From an uncultured Acidobacteriota bacterium (GTDB lineage Bacteria; Acidobacteriota; UBA6911; RPQK01; JAPXNP01), in the NCBI GenBank assembly GCA_963777605.1, contig CAVZRV010000010.1:288001-352000 (forward strand): DNA of 64,000 nucleotides. The letters run 5' to 3'. The notes below the pieces were generated by a model that saw only the letters and a program-made list of their open reading frames with translations, made no database searches and was not told the DNA's origin. Made by a program: the position numbers and the translations under genes. Of this stretch, positions 51,465 to 61,341 are shown piece after piece; positions within the stretch are counted from its first letter, which is position 1; every line of letters starts with the position of its first letter.

Positions 51465-52790
51465 ATGTTCCGAATTATTCTGTCAGCATATTCGATTCTC
51501 TACTCCATGGGGCTCGCCCTTTACGCCGTGGTGACTCTGCCAGGACGCATCTTGGGTCGGGCGGCCCGTCCCCTTGGGGAACGGCTCGGCCGAAAGGCTT
51601 GCGTCCAGGCGCTCCAGCCCGTTTCCGGCTCGATTCGAGTCTGGGTCCATGCCGTCTCCGTCGGAGAGGTCAACGCGGTCCGTCCGTTGGTGAATGAACT
51701 CTCGCAACACCGAGGCGTGCAACTCTTCGTTTCGACCACGACGGTAACCGGCCAACAGATTGCCCGGAACCACTTCAAGGATGCCGCCTCCGTCTTCTAC
51801 TTCCCGTTCGACCTCCAGTCGATCTGCCGCCGGTTGATCAGGCGCATCCGTCCCCACGTGGTCCTGCTCGCAGAAACCGAGATTTGGCCCAACTTCCTGG
51901 TGGCGGCCAATCGCGCGTCGGTGCCGGTCATCCTGGTTAACGGGAGGCTGTCCGACCGTTCCTTCGCTCGCTACCGACGTTTTCGGATACTGTTCAAACC
52001 GCTCCTTGACCGGATTGATCACTACTGCGTGCAGTCCCGGATCGATCGGGAGCGGTTCCTTCAGCTCAACGTAGCTGAAAGTCACGTGAACTGGGTGGGC
52101 AATCTGAAGTTTGACTATGAAGTCAGGATCACACCGGCTCACGAACTGATCAACTCCATGCTGGAACAGGTGCTGCGGCGAGGCGAAAGCGACCTCATCC
52201 TGGTCTGCGGGAGTACGAAACCGGGAGAAGAGGAAATTCTCCTTGATGTCGTCTGCCGGTTACGCGAACGCCATCCCGAGCTAAAACTCCTGCTCGCGCC
52301 GCGACACCCGAAGCGAGGCCAAGAGGTCCGGCAAATCGCGCAGAATCAGGGACTCTCCTGCTGCCTGCGGTCCGAACTCGTTCCGGCACGGGCCGTCCAG
52401 CCGGAATTCGAGTGCGTCGTCCTGGACACGATCGGAGAACTGGCCCAGGTGTACGAGATCGCCGATTTCGTCTTCATCGGCGGCAGCCTGGTAAACCAGG
52501 GGGGGCAGAACATCATCGAGCCGGCCGCCCACGGAAAGCCCATTCTGTTTGGGCCCGACATGAGCAACTTCAGAGAAATCGCGGCTGCCTTTCTCGATAA
52601 CTACGCCGCCCTCCAGGTCGATTCTCCAGCGGACCTCGAGGGGCGGCTGAAGATTCTCATCGGAGACTCTCATGCGCGCAACTGGCTGGGTCGAAATGCC
52701 CGAAAAGTCATTCGCAACAACCAGGGTGCGGTTGCCCGTACCATGGAAATCGTCCAGCGCTTCTGCCCACCACCCAGCGAGGCAGGATAA
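51465..52790 (+). CDS. waaA: Kdo transferase
   Basis: WVHAVSVGE, ETEIWPN, APRHP, GGQNIIEPA. Confidence 0.96.
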   Translation: MFRIILSAYSILYSMGLALYAVVTLPGRILGRAARPLGERLGRKACVQALQPVSGSIRVWVHAVSVGEVNAVRPLVNELSQHRGVQLFVSTTTVTGQQIARNHFKDAASVFYFPFDLQSICRRLIRRIRPHVVLLAETEIWPNFLVAANRASVPVILVNGRLSDRSFARYRRFRILFKPLLDRIDHYCVQSRIDRERFLQLNVAESHVNWVGNLKFDYEVRITPAHELINSMLEQVLRRGESDLILVCGSTKPGEEEILLDVVCRLRERHPELKLLLAPRHPKRGQEVRQIAQNQGLSCCLRSELVPARAVQPEFECVVLDTIGELAQVYEIADFVFIGGSLVNQGGQNIIEPAAHGKPILFGPDMSNFREIAAAFLDNYAALQVDSPADLEGRLKILIGDSHARNWLGRNARKVIRNNQGAVARTMEIVQRFCPPPSEAG

Positions 52791-52838
52791 TGGACATTTG
52801 TGATTTTTCCATTTTCTTTGATCTGTGATTTTTGAACT

Positions 52839-53927
52839 ATGTTCGGTCGGTCTGGATTTGGTGCACGGCAGGTTGGACGCGTCTTCGGGAGAATCGTCTC
52901 CGTGCGCAATCGCCTCTACGATCGGAACCTCCTGCCAGTCAAGCGACTGAGCCGACCCGTCATCAGCGTAGGGAACCTCAACCTCGGGGGAAGCGGAAAG
53001 ACCCCACTGGTTCAGTACCTGGCCCAGGAGCTTCAGCGACGCGGGTGGGCCCCCGCCGTTGTAAGCCGCGGATATCGTGGCAGTTCCGAATCCGGCAACC
53101 TGCTGGTTTCTGACGGAGCCGAGATTTTCTGCACCGCTGCGGAGTCGGGAGATGAGCCGTACCTGATGGCCCGGCGACTGTCCGGCGTCGCAGTGGCGGT
53201 CGGCAAGTACCGCTGGAAGTCAGCGCGACTGATTGAGCAACGTTGCCCGGCCCCCCGCCGCGTCTTTCTTCTCGACGACGGGTTTCAACACCGAAAGCTG
53301 GCTCGTGACCTCAACATCCTGGTCATTGACGCTTCCGCACCACCGTTCTCCGACCGGCTTCTTCCGGCAGGCAATTTGCGGGAGCCTATCACTTCCGTGG
53401 CCCGAGCGGACGTTGTGTTCCTCAGCCGATGCCACCTCGCACGCTCCCGCGTCGAAGGACTCGAAGCCAGGACTCGCGAACTGGCCCCGGACGTCCCGGT
53501 ATTCAGCTTCGGACACCGCTACCGGGATTACCGGAATCTCGCGGACAACAGGACCGCCGAGGTCGACGACCTGGTTCGGTCGAAGGTCGTCGTACTGGCT
53601 GCTTTGGGGAATCCAAGGCAGTTCCTCGATGATCTGGCTCGTGCCGGATTGAGGGTGGTCAACGAGTTTCTGTTTCGGGATCACCATCCCTACTCCCAGC
53701 AAGAGATCGATTTCGTCCTTGAGCGGGCGCGTCGACTCGGAGCGGAAGCCATCATCACCACAGAGAAAGACGCCGTCCGCCTGGAGGGAATGAATTTTGG
53801 GAACATCCCCTTCTGGGCGCTCCGCATTGAGCCATACCCACTCGATCAAGAGCACTTTTCCCAGTGGTTGGACTCCCAGATGGAGAAGATCGGCGGGTCG
53901 AGTCCTGCAAAGGGGATGGAACCTTGA
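52839..53927 (+). CDS. lpxK: Tetraacyldisaccharide 4'-kinase
   Basis: SVGNLNLGGSGKTP, SRGY, GDEP, LDDGFQH, TTEKDAVR. The 5' end is uncertain. Confidence 0.95.
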   Translation: MFGRSGFGARQVGRVFGRIVSVRNRLYDRNLLPVKRLSRPVISVGNLNLGGSGKTPLVQYLAQELQRRGWAPAVVSRGYRGSSESGNLLVSDGAEIFCTAAESGDEPYLMARRLSGVAVAVGKYRWKSARLIEQRCPAPRRVFLLDDGFQHRKLARDLNILVIDASAPPFSDRLLPAGNLREPITSVARADVVFLSRCHLARSRVEGLEARTRELAPDVPVFSFGHRYRDYRNLADNRTAEVDDLVRSKVVVLAALGNPRQFLDDLARAGLRVVNEFLFRDHHPYSQQEIDFVLERARRLGAEAIITTEKDAVRLEGMNFGNIPFWALRIEPYPLDQEHFSQWLDSQMEKIGGSSPAKGMEP

Positions 53928-54985
53928 GAACCAAACCCGACTTTCGCCGGATTATGGTTCGCTCGACCAACTGGATCGGCGACGTCGTCATGTCTCTCGC
54001 AGCCCTCAGAGAATTGCGTGCGGCTTACCCCGAGGCTCACGTTGCGGTCCTGGCCCGTGACTGGGTCGCCGACCTCTATCGGGAACAGGCTCTGGTCGAT
54101 GAAGTGATCAGCTTTCCTCGAGGCCAGTCTTCTCTCCGGTGCCGGGACCAGGTCCGAGGATATGACGCGGCGGTTCTCTTTCAGAACGCATTCGAGGCGG
54201 CCCTGCTCGCCTTCCTGACCCGGATACCGCGCCGATTCGGATACTCGATCCAGGGCCGTGGGTTCCTTCTGACCGACCGGGCCCACCCTCGTACCCCCGA
54301 ACTGGGTCGGCACCAGGTCTTTTACTATCTTGACCTGCTCCACCAGGTTGGGCTTTCCGAGCGAGACTACCTGGCCGATCCAGGATTCACTCCCGACATC
54401 AGCCTGCGCCCACCCGAAGCGGGAACCGCCGAAGCCCGGCGGTTGCTGAATGAAGGAGGATGGGCGGAGGAACGTCCCCTGATCGGCATCAACCCGGGCG
54501 CCACCTTTGGTCCGGCCAAGCGCTGGCTGACGGAACGATACGCGGAACTGGGAGATCGCCTCTGCCGCGAACTGGGTGCCAGCGTCATGATTGTCGGATC
54601 GGCCTCGGAGCGCGTTCTCGCAGAGCAGATCCAAGAACGCATGGAAGCTCGCCCGATCATCCTCAGCGGACAAACCAATCTGCGGAGCCTGCTCGGCTCG
54701 ATCGCTCTTTGCCGACTCTTTATCACCAATGATTCCGGTCCCATGCACCTGGCGGCCGCCCTCGATGTTCCACAAATCGCTCTGTTTGGTTCCACCGACC
54801 AAATCGCGACCGGCCCGTTGAGCCCGAGGGCCCGGGTCATCCACAAGCACGTCAAGTGCAGCCCCTGCCTGCGGCGGTGCTGTCCCATCGACCTGCGATG
54901 CTTCACCCGGATATCGGTTGACGAAGTCTTTCACCTTGCACAGGAATTGCTCCATGAAATCCCGGCGTCCGGCTCTTTTTCTTGA
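53924..54985 (+). CDS. waaF: LPS heptosyltransferase II (GT9)
   Basis: NWIGDVVM, NPGATFGPAKRW, NDSGPMHLAAA. Confidence 0.9.
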   Translation: MRTKPDFRRIMVRSTNWIGDVVMSLAALRELRAAYPEAHVAVLARDWVADLYREQALVDEVISFPRGQSSLRCRDQVRGYDAAVLFQNAFEAALLAFLTRIPRRFGYSIQGRGFLLTDRAHPRTPELGRHQVFYYLDLLHQVGLSERDYLADPGFTPDISLRPPEAGTAEARRLLNEGGWAEERPLIGINPGATFGPAKRWLTERYAELGDRLCRELGASVMIVGSASERVLAEQIQERMEARPIILSGQTNLRSLLGSIALCRLFITNDSGPMHLAAALDVPQIALFGSTDQIATGPLSPRARVIHKHVKCSPCLRRCCPIDLRCFTRISVDEVFHLAQELLHEIPASGSFS

Positions 54986-55544
54986 TCGTGACGGTACCCT
55001 GATCAAAGAGGTCAATTACCTAACCACCATCGACCAGCTAGCAATGCTCGACGGGTCCATCGAAGCGCTCCGCCTGGCCCACGCGGCAGGAATGGCGACC
55101 GTTCTCATTACGAACCAGTCCGCCGTCGCGCGCGGCATGCTCACAGAAACGGAACTCCAAAGAATTCACCACCACCTGTCCCGCCTGATTGTCGAAAAGG
55201 GAGGTGTGCTGGACGGTGTCTACTACTGCCCCCACCATCCCGAGGGATCGGTTGCGGGGTACGCCGCCCCCTGTCAGTGCCGCAAGCCGCAACCCGGACT
55301 CCTCCTGGCGGCCGCCCGGGAACTGGGATTGAATCTCTCCAAAAGCCTCATGGTTGGGGACAGCCTGAAGGACGTCGAGGCCGGCCGGAAGGCGGGGTGT
55401 ACATCCGTCCTCGTTGAGACTGGCTACGGAGCCCGCGAATCCGCGCTGATCGAGAACGGAGAGAACGGAGGGACAGTCCCCGACTACGTCGCCCCGGACA
55501 TCCTCGAAGCCGTTCGCTGGTTTCTCACCCGCCGCGAGGGCTGA
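54954..55544 (+). CDS. gmhB: D,D-heptose 1,7-bisphosphate phosphatase (HAD)
   Basis: FLDRDGTL, TNQS, CPHHP...CRKP, MVGD. Confidence 0.93.
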   Translation: MKSRRPALFLDRDGTLIKEVNYLTTIDQLAMLDGSIEALRLAHAAGMATVLITNQSAVARGMLTETELQRIHHHLSRLIVEKGGVLDGVYYCPHHPEGSVAGYAAPCQCRKPQPGLLLAAARELGLNLSKSLMVGDSLKDVEAGRKAGCTSVLVETGYGARESALIENGENGGTVPDYVAPDILEAVRWFLTRREG

Positions 55545-55625
55545 ATTCCCGCCTCCAGCCAATCCGGGACAGACTCCGATTACCGTCCAGTGCGGCTGGC
55601 TTTCTGGGAGAACCGGCGAAGCAAC

Positions 55626-55742
55626 ATGCCGGGACGACATGCCAGGAGGGACCTCCGGGCTAAGGCTGCCCCGGCGACATATCAGGCAATCTGCCTGGAC
55701 TACCTTCGCCCCGTCAACTCGGTCTCCTGTCTCCTGTCTTCT
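55626..55742. repeat. Two tandem REP-like units followed by a 7-bp array (GTCTCCT GTCTCCT GTCTTCT)
   Basis: GCTGCCCCGGCGACATATCAGGCAATCTGCCTGGACTAC (55665-55703) aligns with 16137-16176. A more degenerate copy precedes it. Confidence 0.6.
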
Positions 55743-55789
55743 AACCCCATTCCTGCTATGCTTACGGTCGTTCAAGTTGCCGAGGGACT

Positions 55790-56815
55790 ATGACTGGCCT
55801 TTCACCTGACGTTGCGCGCACCCTCGATGGGCTTGGCAAAGCCCGCCTGGTGGTGCTCGGGGACTTCCTCATCGATGAATTTGTATTTGGCGAAATCTCC
55901 CGGGTTTCCCGGGAAGCCCCGGTCCTGATCCTGCATTACAGCGAGACCCGAATCTGTCCAGGAGGAGCCGCCAACACCGTCGCCAATGCGGCAGCCCTCG
56001 GAGCTCGTGTGGACGCCATCGGGGTGATCGGCGACGACGCCGGGGCTGACCAACTGTGCGAACTCTGGCCGGAATCCGTGTCGCGAAGGGGTGTCATCAA
56101 GCTCGCCGGGGTTAATACCACCCGGAAGTCGAGGATTCTCGCGGGATCCTTTCATTCTTTCCGCCAGCAGGTTGTCCGAATCGACCGTGAAGCTCCCATC
56201 CCTCGCCAGCCGGAATGGGAACAGTCCGTAATCGATCACCTCAACGAATCGGTTCCCGGAGCCGGCGCAATGATCATTTCCGACTACAGCCTCGGCAACG
56301 TTACTCCGCGGGTCAAGGAATCCGCAACTGCGCTTTGCCGCAAGCTCGGCATCCCTCTCGTGATCGATTCCCGCGACCACCCTGCCGAGTTTCCAGGCGC
56401 AACAACGGTGACCCCCAACATCACGGAAGTAGAGTCCGGCCTCGGGGAACTGATCGGCCAGGAAACCGGGCGCCTCGAACATTTCGGAAGGCTGGCCCGC
56501 TCCAGGTGGCAGGTGGACGCGCTGCTGGTTACCCGGGGAAGGCTCGGCATGTCCCTCTTCACCGAGGATTCTGCGGTCCATCTCCCGGCTTTCGGCAGTA
56601 GTGAAGCCGTCGACGTCACCGGCGCAGGCGATACCGTTGCGGCCACCTATGCAACCGGCCTGGCCACAGGAGCCGACTTCTCGACTTCCGCGTTTCTCGC
56701 CAACATCGCCGGCGGACTGGTCGTCATGAAGAAAGGGACCGCAACCATTTCAACTGCGGAACTCAGGCAGGCGCTCCTGGAGATGGAGCCCGGAGAGGAA
56801 CTCCAACGCTCGTGA
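55790..56815 (+). CDS. rfaE1: D-glycero-beta-D-manno-heptose-7-phosphate kinase (stand-alone HldE domain I, PfkB family)
   Basis: RVSREAPV, GGAANT, TPNITE, DVTGAGDT. Confidence 0.88.
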   Translation: MTGLSPDVARTLDGLGKARLVVLGDFLIDEFVFGEISRVSREAPVLILHYSETRICPGGAANTVANAAALGARVDAIGVIGDDAGADQLCELWPESVSRRGVIKLAGVNTTRKSRILAGSFHSFRQQVVRIDREAPIPRQPEWEQSVIDHLNESVPGAGAMIISDYSLGNVTPRVKESATALCRKLGIPLVIDSRDHPAEFPGATTVTPNITEVESGLGELIGQETGRLEHFGRLARSRWQVDALLVTRGRLGMSLFTEDSAVHLPAFGSSEAVDVTGAGDTVAATYATGLATGADFSTSAFLANIAGGLVVMKKGTATISTAELRQALLEMEPGEELQRS

Positions 56816-57285
56816 CCAGCAAGATCGTCCTCCTCCCCGAAGCTGAGCGGATCCTGACAGAAGCCCGCAATCACGGCCGCACGATCGTTATGGCCAACGG
56901 CTGTTTCGACTTTATTCACGTGGGTCACGTCCGCTACCTGGAAGGGGCGAAGGCCAAAGGGGACCTCCTCCTGGTCGCGATCAACGCCGACGCTTCAGTT
57001 CGCGCCCTGAAGGGCAGCGAACGTCCCATCCTGCCCGCTGCCGAAAGGGCCGAGATCGTTGCTGCATTCGAGTGCGTCGATCTCGTCGTCGTCTTCGAAG
57101 ATCTGACCGTCGATAGTCTCCTGCTAAAGCTCAAGCCGGACGTGCACGCCAAAGGGACCGATTACACTACTGCCACCGTCCCGGAACGTGAGACGGTTCT
57201 CTCTTACGGGGGCAGAGTGGCCATTGTCGGCGATCCCAAGAATCGCTCCAGCAAGGATTACATCGCGCGCCTCAGGGCCAAATGA
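56812..57285 (+). CDS. rfaE2: Heptose-1-phosphate adenylyltransferase (stand-alone HldE domain II)
   Basis: NGCFDFIHVGH, LKG...RP, KGTDY. Confidence 0.9.
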   Translation: MTSKIVLLPEAERILTEARNHGRTIVMANGCFDFIHVGHVRYLEGAKAKGDLLLVAINADASVRALKGSERPILPAAERAEIVAAFECVDLVVVFEDLTVDSLLLKLKPDVHAKGTDYTTATVPERETVLSYGGRVAIVGDPKNRSSKDYIARLRAK

Positions 57286-58367
57286 AACGGGCTCCAGTCA
57301 GCTTTCAGTTCGATCACGATGGCCGCAGGATCCGGCGAATCCTCATGGTCCGGCTTGGAGCCCTCGGAGACATCATTCTTACGATTCCCGCCCAGCAGCA
57401 ACTCGCCGGTCTGTTCCCCCAGGCAGCGATCGACTGGCTGACCTCTCCCGCCTACCGTTCACTGCTCGAGGCAGTTCCCGGTATCCGCCAAGTCTGGACC
57501 GTCGATACCCGCAAGTGGGCAAAAGGTCGCCAGGTTCAGGACAGCCCGTCGCGGACGCTCAGCCAGCTCAGAAGAGAGAATTACGACCTTGCCATCGATT
57601 TCCAGGGACTCCTGAAATCTGCCCTCATGGCGCGACTTTCCAGCGCAGGTGAAGTGAGAGGCTTCGGCCGGACTCAGTCGCGGGAGGGCGCAGCGTCCTT
57701 CTTCTACACGGAACGCGTCCTGATCTCCAGCCAGCAACGACACCAGTTCGCCCGCCATATCGACCTGCTCAGCCCCCCGCGGTGGGAGGGTCCCGTGTCA
57801 CCAAGATTTCCGCTTCAGGTCCCGGACGAGGCCACCGATTACGTTGAGACCGAACTGCGCCGGGCAGGAATCGACCGACCTGTCCTCTTGAACCCGGGAG
57901 GCGGCTGGCCGACCAAGCGCTGGGCAGCGGACCGATTCGCTGAGCTCGCCGAACGGATCGAAGCGCAGTTCGGGCTTCCTGCTCTCTTCTGCTACGGCCC
58001 CGGGGAGGAGGACTTACTGGAGGCGGTCCGCAGGAGTCTCCGCCATGTCCCGCTGAGGTCGTTCCCCACGTCCGTGCTGCAGCTTGCGGCCCTCTGCCGG
58101 AAGGCATGCCTGATGGTCGCGGGGGACACCGGCCCGTTGCACCTGGCGGTCGGCATGGGGACCCCGTGCGTCGCCATTCTGGGTCCGGCTGAGCCTTGGA
58201 GAACGGGGCCGGCCGGCACAGGCGACGAGTACGTCTTGCATGACCGGCGCTGCCCGCACCCATACCGGCGCGAGTGTCGCAATCACTTTTGCATGGATAT
58301 CCCAGTCGAGCACGTGTTCGGAGCGGTTCGGAAGCGACTCGGTCTCCTACCCTCGTCGGGGTGCTGA
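57282..58367 (+). CDS. waaC: LPS heptosyltransferase I-like (GT9)
   Basis: VRLGALGDI, DFQGLLKSA, NPGGGWPTKRW, GDTGPLHLA. Confidence 0.8.
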   Translation: MKRAPVSFQFDHDGRRIRRILMVRLGALGDIILTIPAQQQLAGLFPQAAIDWLTSPAYRSLLEAVPGIRQVWTVDTRKWAKGRQVQDSPSRTLSQLRRENYDLAIDFQGLLKSALMARLSSAGEVRGFGRTQSREGAASFFYTERVLISSQQRHQFARHIDLLSPPRWEGPVSPRFPLQVPDEATDYVETELRRAGIDRPVLLNPGGGWPTKRWAADRFAELAERIEAQFGLPALFCYGPGEEDLLEAVRRSLRHVPLRSFPTSVLQLAALCRKACLMVAGDTGPLHLAVGMGTPCVAILGPAEPWRTGPAGTGDEYVLHDRRCPHPYRRECRNHFCMDIPVEHVFGAVRKRLGLLPSSGC

Positions 58368-58410
58368 CCCCGGCCAACGGAACCTGCTAAACTCGCCCGG
58401 AGTGAGTACC

Positions 58411-58971
58411 ATGGTCCACCAATCGCCCTCACCGATCGCCGCTCGACTCCAACGACTCCGCGTCCCGATGGGTTTCGCATTTGGGCTCCTTTATGTGATC
58501 TTCTGCAAGCCCACCATGGAGTGGCTCATCCCGGGACTCACTGTCGCCCTCCTTGGGCTACTGCTCCGTTGCTGGGCGGCGGGGCATCTCCGAAAACATG
58601 AAAAGTTGACGATATCCGGCCCGTACCGGTGGACGAGGAACCCGCTATACCTGGGCTCGTTTCTCATGGGGCTGGGATTCTCTCTGGCCGGCGGGCGCTG
58701 GTGGATGGCTCCCCTCTTCCTGCTCCTTTACCTCCTTGTCTACGTCCCCGTCATGCGAGCCGAGGAGGGAGAACTCCGGGGCCGCTACGGCGCAGCCGCC
58801 GAGTCATTCATTGAGCGAGTATCCCTCTTCGTTCCACTGAGATCGCCGATCGCCGGGGACCCGGGACAGACGTTCAGCCTGGAGCGGTTTCGCCTGAACC
58901 GGGAATACAAAGCCGTTTTGGGATTTCTCCTGCTCGCCGCGTTTCTGATTGTGCGGCAAGCACTGCTATGA
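58411..58971 (+). CDS. ICMT/PEMT-family membrane methyltransferase
   Basis: LRCWAAG, GPYRWTRNPLYLG, EEGEL. Located within the LPS operon. Confidence 0.85.
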   Translation: MVHQSPSPIAARLQRLRVPMGFAFGLLYVIFCKPTMEWLIPGLTVALLGLLLRCWAAGHLRKHEKLTISGPYRWTRNPLYLGSFLMGLGFSLAGGRWWMAPLFLLLYLLVYVPVMRAEEGELRGRYGAAAESFIERVSLFVPLRSPIAGDPGQTFSLERFRLNREYKAVLGFLLLAAFLIVRQALL

Positions 58972-59822
58972 AACGAAGACTCAGCTTACTTCTCGTCGCG
59001 GCCCTGGCACTGACGGCACTCTTCGCCGCACAGCCCCAGAATCGCACGATCCGGCTCCTCTCGAAGCCCTCCGAACTCCACGTCCCGTTTGCCCACGGAG
59101 AGCGGCTGGTTTTCGAGGTCAACTGGAAGCCGATCTTCTTCTTCCCGGCCTTCAAAGCCGGTGAGATTACCCTGTCAGCTGAAAACGCTACCTTCGACGG
59201 TCACCCCACCTACCGCCTGCAGGCCTGGGCAAACTCGGACGGAGCCCTCCTGAGTGTGGCCGGGATCGAGGTCAAGAACTACTTCGAGTCGCAGATCGAT
59301 CGTAAGACGTTCCGCTCCCTCCGCTTCTTTCAGGCGGCCCGGGAAGGCGACCGGCATCGTGACCTGGAGATGATCTTCGACTATGACCGCGACCTCGTTA
59401 AAATTCACGAAACCGACCCGTCCACCGATCCGCCCCGTGTCATCCGGCACATTACGAGGAAAGGGATCCCGGGTCCGGCAGTAGACGTCATCTCGGTCTT
59501 CTACGTGATCCGCCTCCGAAGCTTTAAACCGGGGGACAAGTTCCTCCTGGACCTTGACGAGCGCGGCGTCTTTCGCGAGGTCCCGATTGTTGCCCTGGAC
59601 GACGAAACCGTTGACACCCCGGTCGGAAAGTACGCTTCGGTCAAACTCAGCACAGTTGGCGGGCTCTTCACGCAGGGAGGAGACTTCCGTGCCTGGTACG
59701 CCCGGAACGGTCTGCGCAATCCGACCAGGTTCGAGGCGGATGTTCGCTTCGGCAAGGTTTACGGAAGCCTGATTCGTCTTGACACGCCTCAGATGATCCG
59801 CGGCGTCATTCGCGTCCCGTGA
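58968..59822 (+). CDS. Secreted DUF3108-like protein
   Basis: Signal peptide, PFAHGERLVFEV, D-x-x-S-x-FY-x-IR, ETVDTPVG pattern. Confidence 0.7.
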   Translation: MKRRLSLLLVAALALTALFAAQPQNRTIRLLSKPSELHVPFAHGERLVFEVNWKPIFFFPAFKAGEITLSAENATFDGHPTYRLQAWANSDGALLSVAGIEVKNYFESQIDRKTFRSLRFFQAAREGDRHRDLEMIFDYDRDLVKIHETDPSTDPPRVIRHITRKGIPGPAVDVISVFYVIRLRSFKPGDKFLLDLDERGVFREVPIVALDDETVDTPVGKYASVKLSTVGGLFTQGGDFRAWYARNGLRNPTRFEADVRFGKVYGSLIRLDTPQMIRGVIRVP

Positions 59823-59850
59823 GAACGGGTCCCCTCCCTACTTTTCAAAA

Positions 59851-59859
59851 TGCTAGAAT
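59851..59859 (+). promoter_or_regulatory. Extended -10 promoter candidate for rnpB
   Basis: TGCTAGAAT about 15 nt upstream of the P1 helix. Confidence 0.45.
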
Positions 59860-59873
59860 TCAAGCTGCGCATT

Positions 59874-60236
<363 letters not shown>

Positions 60237-60264
60237 TTTGCGCGTCAGTCCACCCTGGATGACC

Positions 60265-61320
60265 ATGAGAATGTCCCGAAGGCAATTTCATAAACTGGCA
60301 GCGACCGTTCCCCTGGCCTCCTCTCTCGAAGACTGGAGGTCAGGCCGGGAAGACCGAGGCATCACTCGGGTACCGGGAATTCGCGTCGGTCACTGGACTT
60401 CGTCGACCAGGCCGACCGGCTGCACGGTAGTAATCGCCGAGCGTCCGGCCACGGCCGGCGTCGATGTTCGAGGGTCTGCTCCCGGAACGCGGGAAACGGA
60501 CCTCCTCAAGCCGGTTAACACTGTCTCTGCGGTCGATGCCGTTCTTCTCTCCGGCGGAAGCGCGTTCGGGCTCGATGCCGCAACCGGGGTCATGCGCTTT
60601 CTCGAAGAGCACGGCCGCGGCTTTAACACTGGTGTAGCGCGGGTCCCCATTGTGCCTGCCGCGATTCTCTTCGATCTCGCGATTGGCGATGCCAAGATCC
60701 GACCCGATGCCGAATCCGGTTATGCGGCCTGCGTGAATGCGTCGGAGGGCAAGGTCATCGAGGGCAATGTCGGGGCCGGGGCCGGGGCAACCGTCGGGAA
60801 ACTGCTGGGATCGGATCGGGCCATGAAGGGTGGACTGGGTAGCTCCAACATCCAGGTTCCCGGGGGACTGATTATCGGTGCGCTGGCCGCCGTCAACTGC
60901 CTGGGTGACGTGCGTGATCCCGAGACCGGGGCCATCCTGGCCGGCGCCCGCTGCAGCGACGATAGCGGCTTCGAGGACCTTCGCCGCGTTCTGTCGTCCC
61001 GAAACCTGAGACCACCCGAATCCGCCGGCCGGAACACGACACTGGTCGTGCTGGCTACCAACGCATCTTTCGACAAGACCGCGATGACCAAGGTGGCGCA
61101 GATGTGTCACGACGGGCTCGCCCGTGCCATAGACCCGGTACATCTTCCCTTGGACGGAGACACTGCGTTCGCCCTTTCGACAGGGCAACTTGAGGGCTTC
61201 GACCTGACCCAGGTGGGTGCACTCGCAGCCCAGGTCACAGCCCGAGCCATCGCCCGGGCGGCTCTGAACGCAACCTCCATCCCCGGTTACCCGGCTCACC
61301 GCGACTACCCACCTCGGTAG
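60265..61320 (+). CDS. Peptidase S58 / DmpA (P1) family
   Basis: VDVRGSAPGTRETD, GGSAFGL, GNVGAGAG, GRNTT autoprocessing site, DGDTAF. Confidence 0.92.
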   Translation: MRMSRRQFHKLAATVPLASSLEDWRSGREDRGITRVPGIRVGHWTSSTRPTGCTVVIAERPATAGVDVRGSAPGTRETDLLKPVNTVSAVDAVLLSGGSAFGLDAATGVMRFLEEHGRGFNTGVARVPIVPAAILFDLAIGDAKIRPDAESGYAACVNASEGKVIEGNVGAGAGATVGKLLGSDRAMKGGLGSSNIQVPGGLIIGALAAVNCLGDVRDPETGAILAGARCSDDSGFEDLRRVLSSRNLRPPESAGRNTTLVVLATNASFDKTAMTKVAQMCHDGLARAIDPVHLPLDGDTAFALSTGQLEGFDLTQVGALAAQVTARAIARAALNATSIPGYPAHRDYPPR

Positions 61321-61341
61321 AAATTCGCGCGTGTCACCGAA

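Noticed and set aside
55790-57285. Split hldE as a novelty or frameshift
   Set aside because: Separate kinase and adenylyltransferase genes are common, and these have a normal GTGA start/stop overlap.
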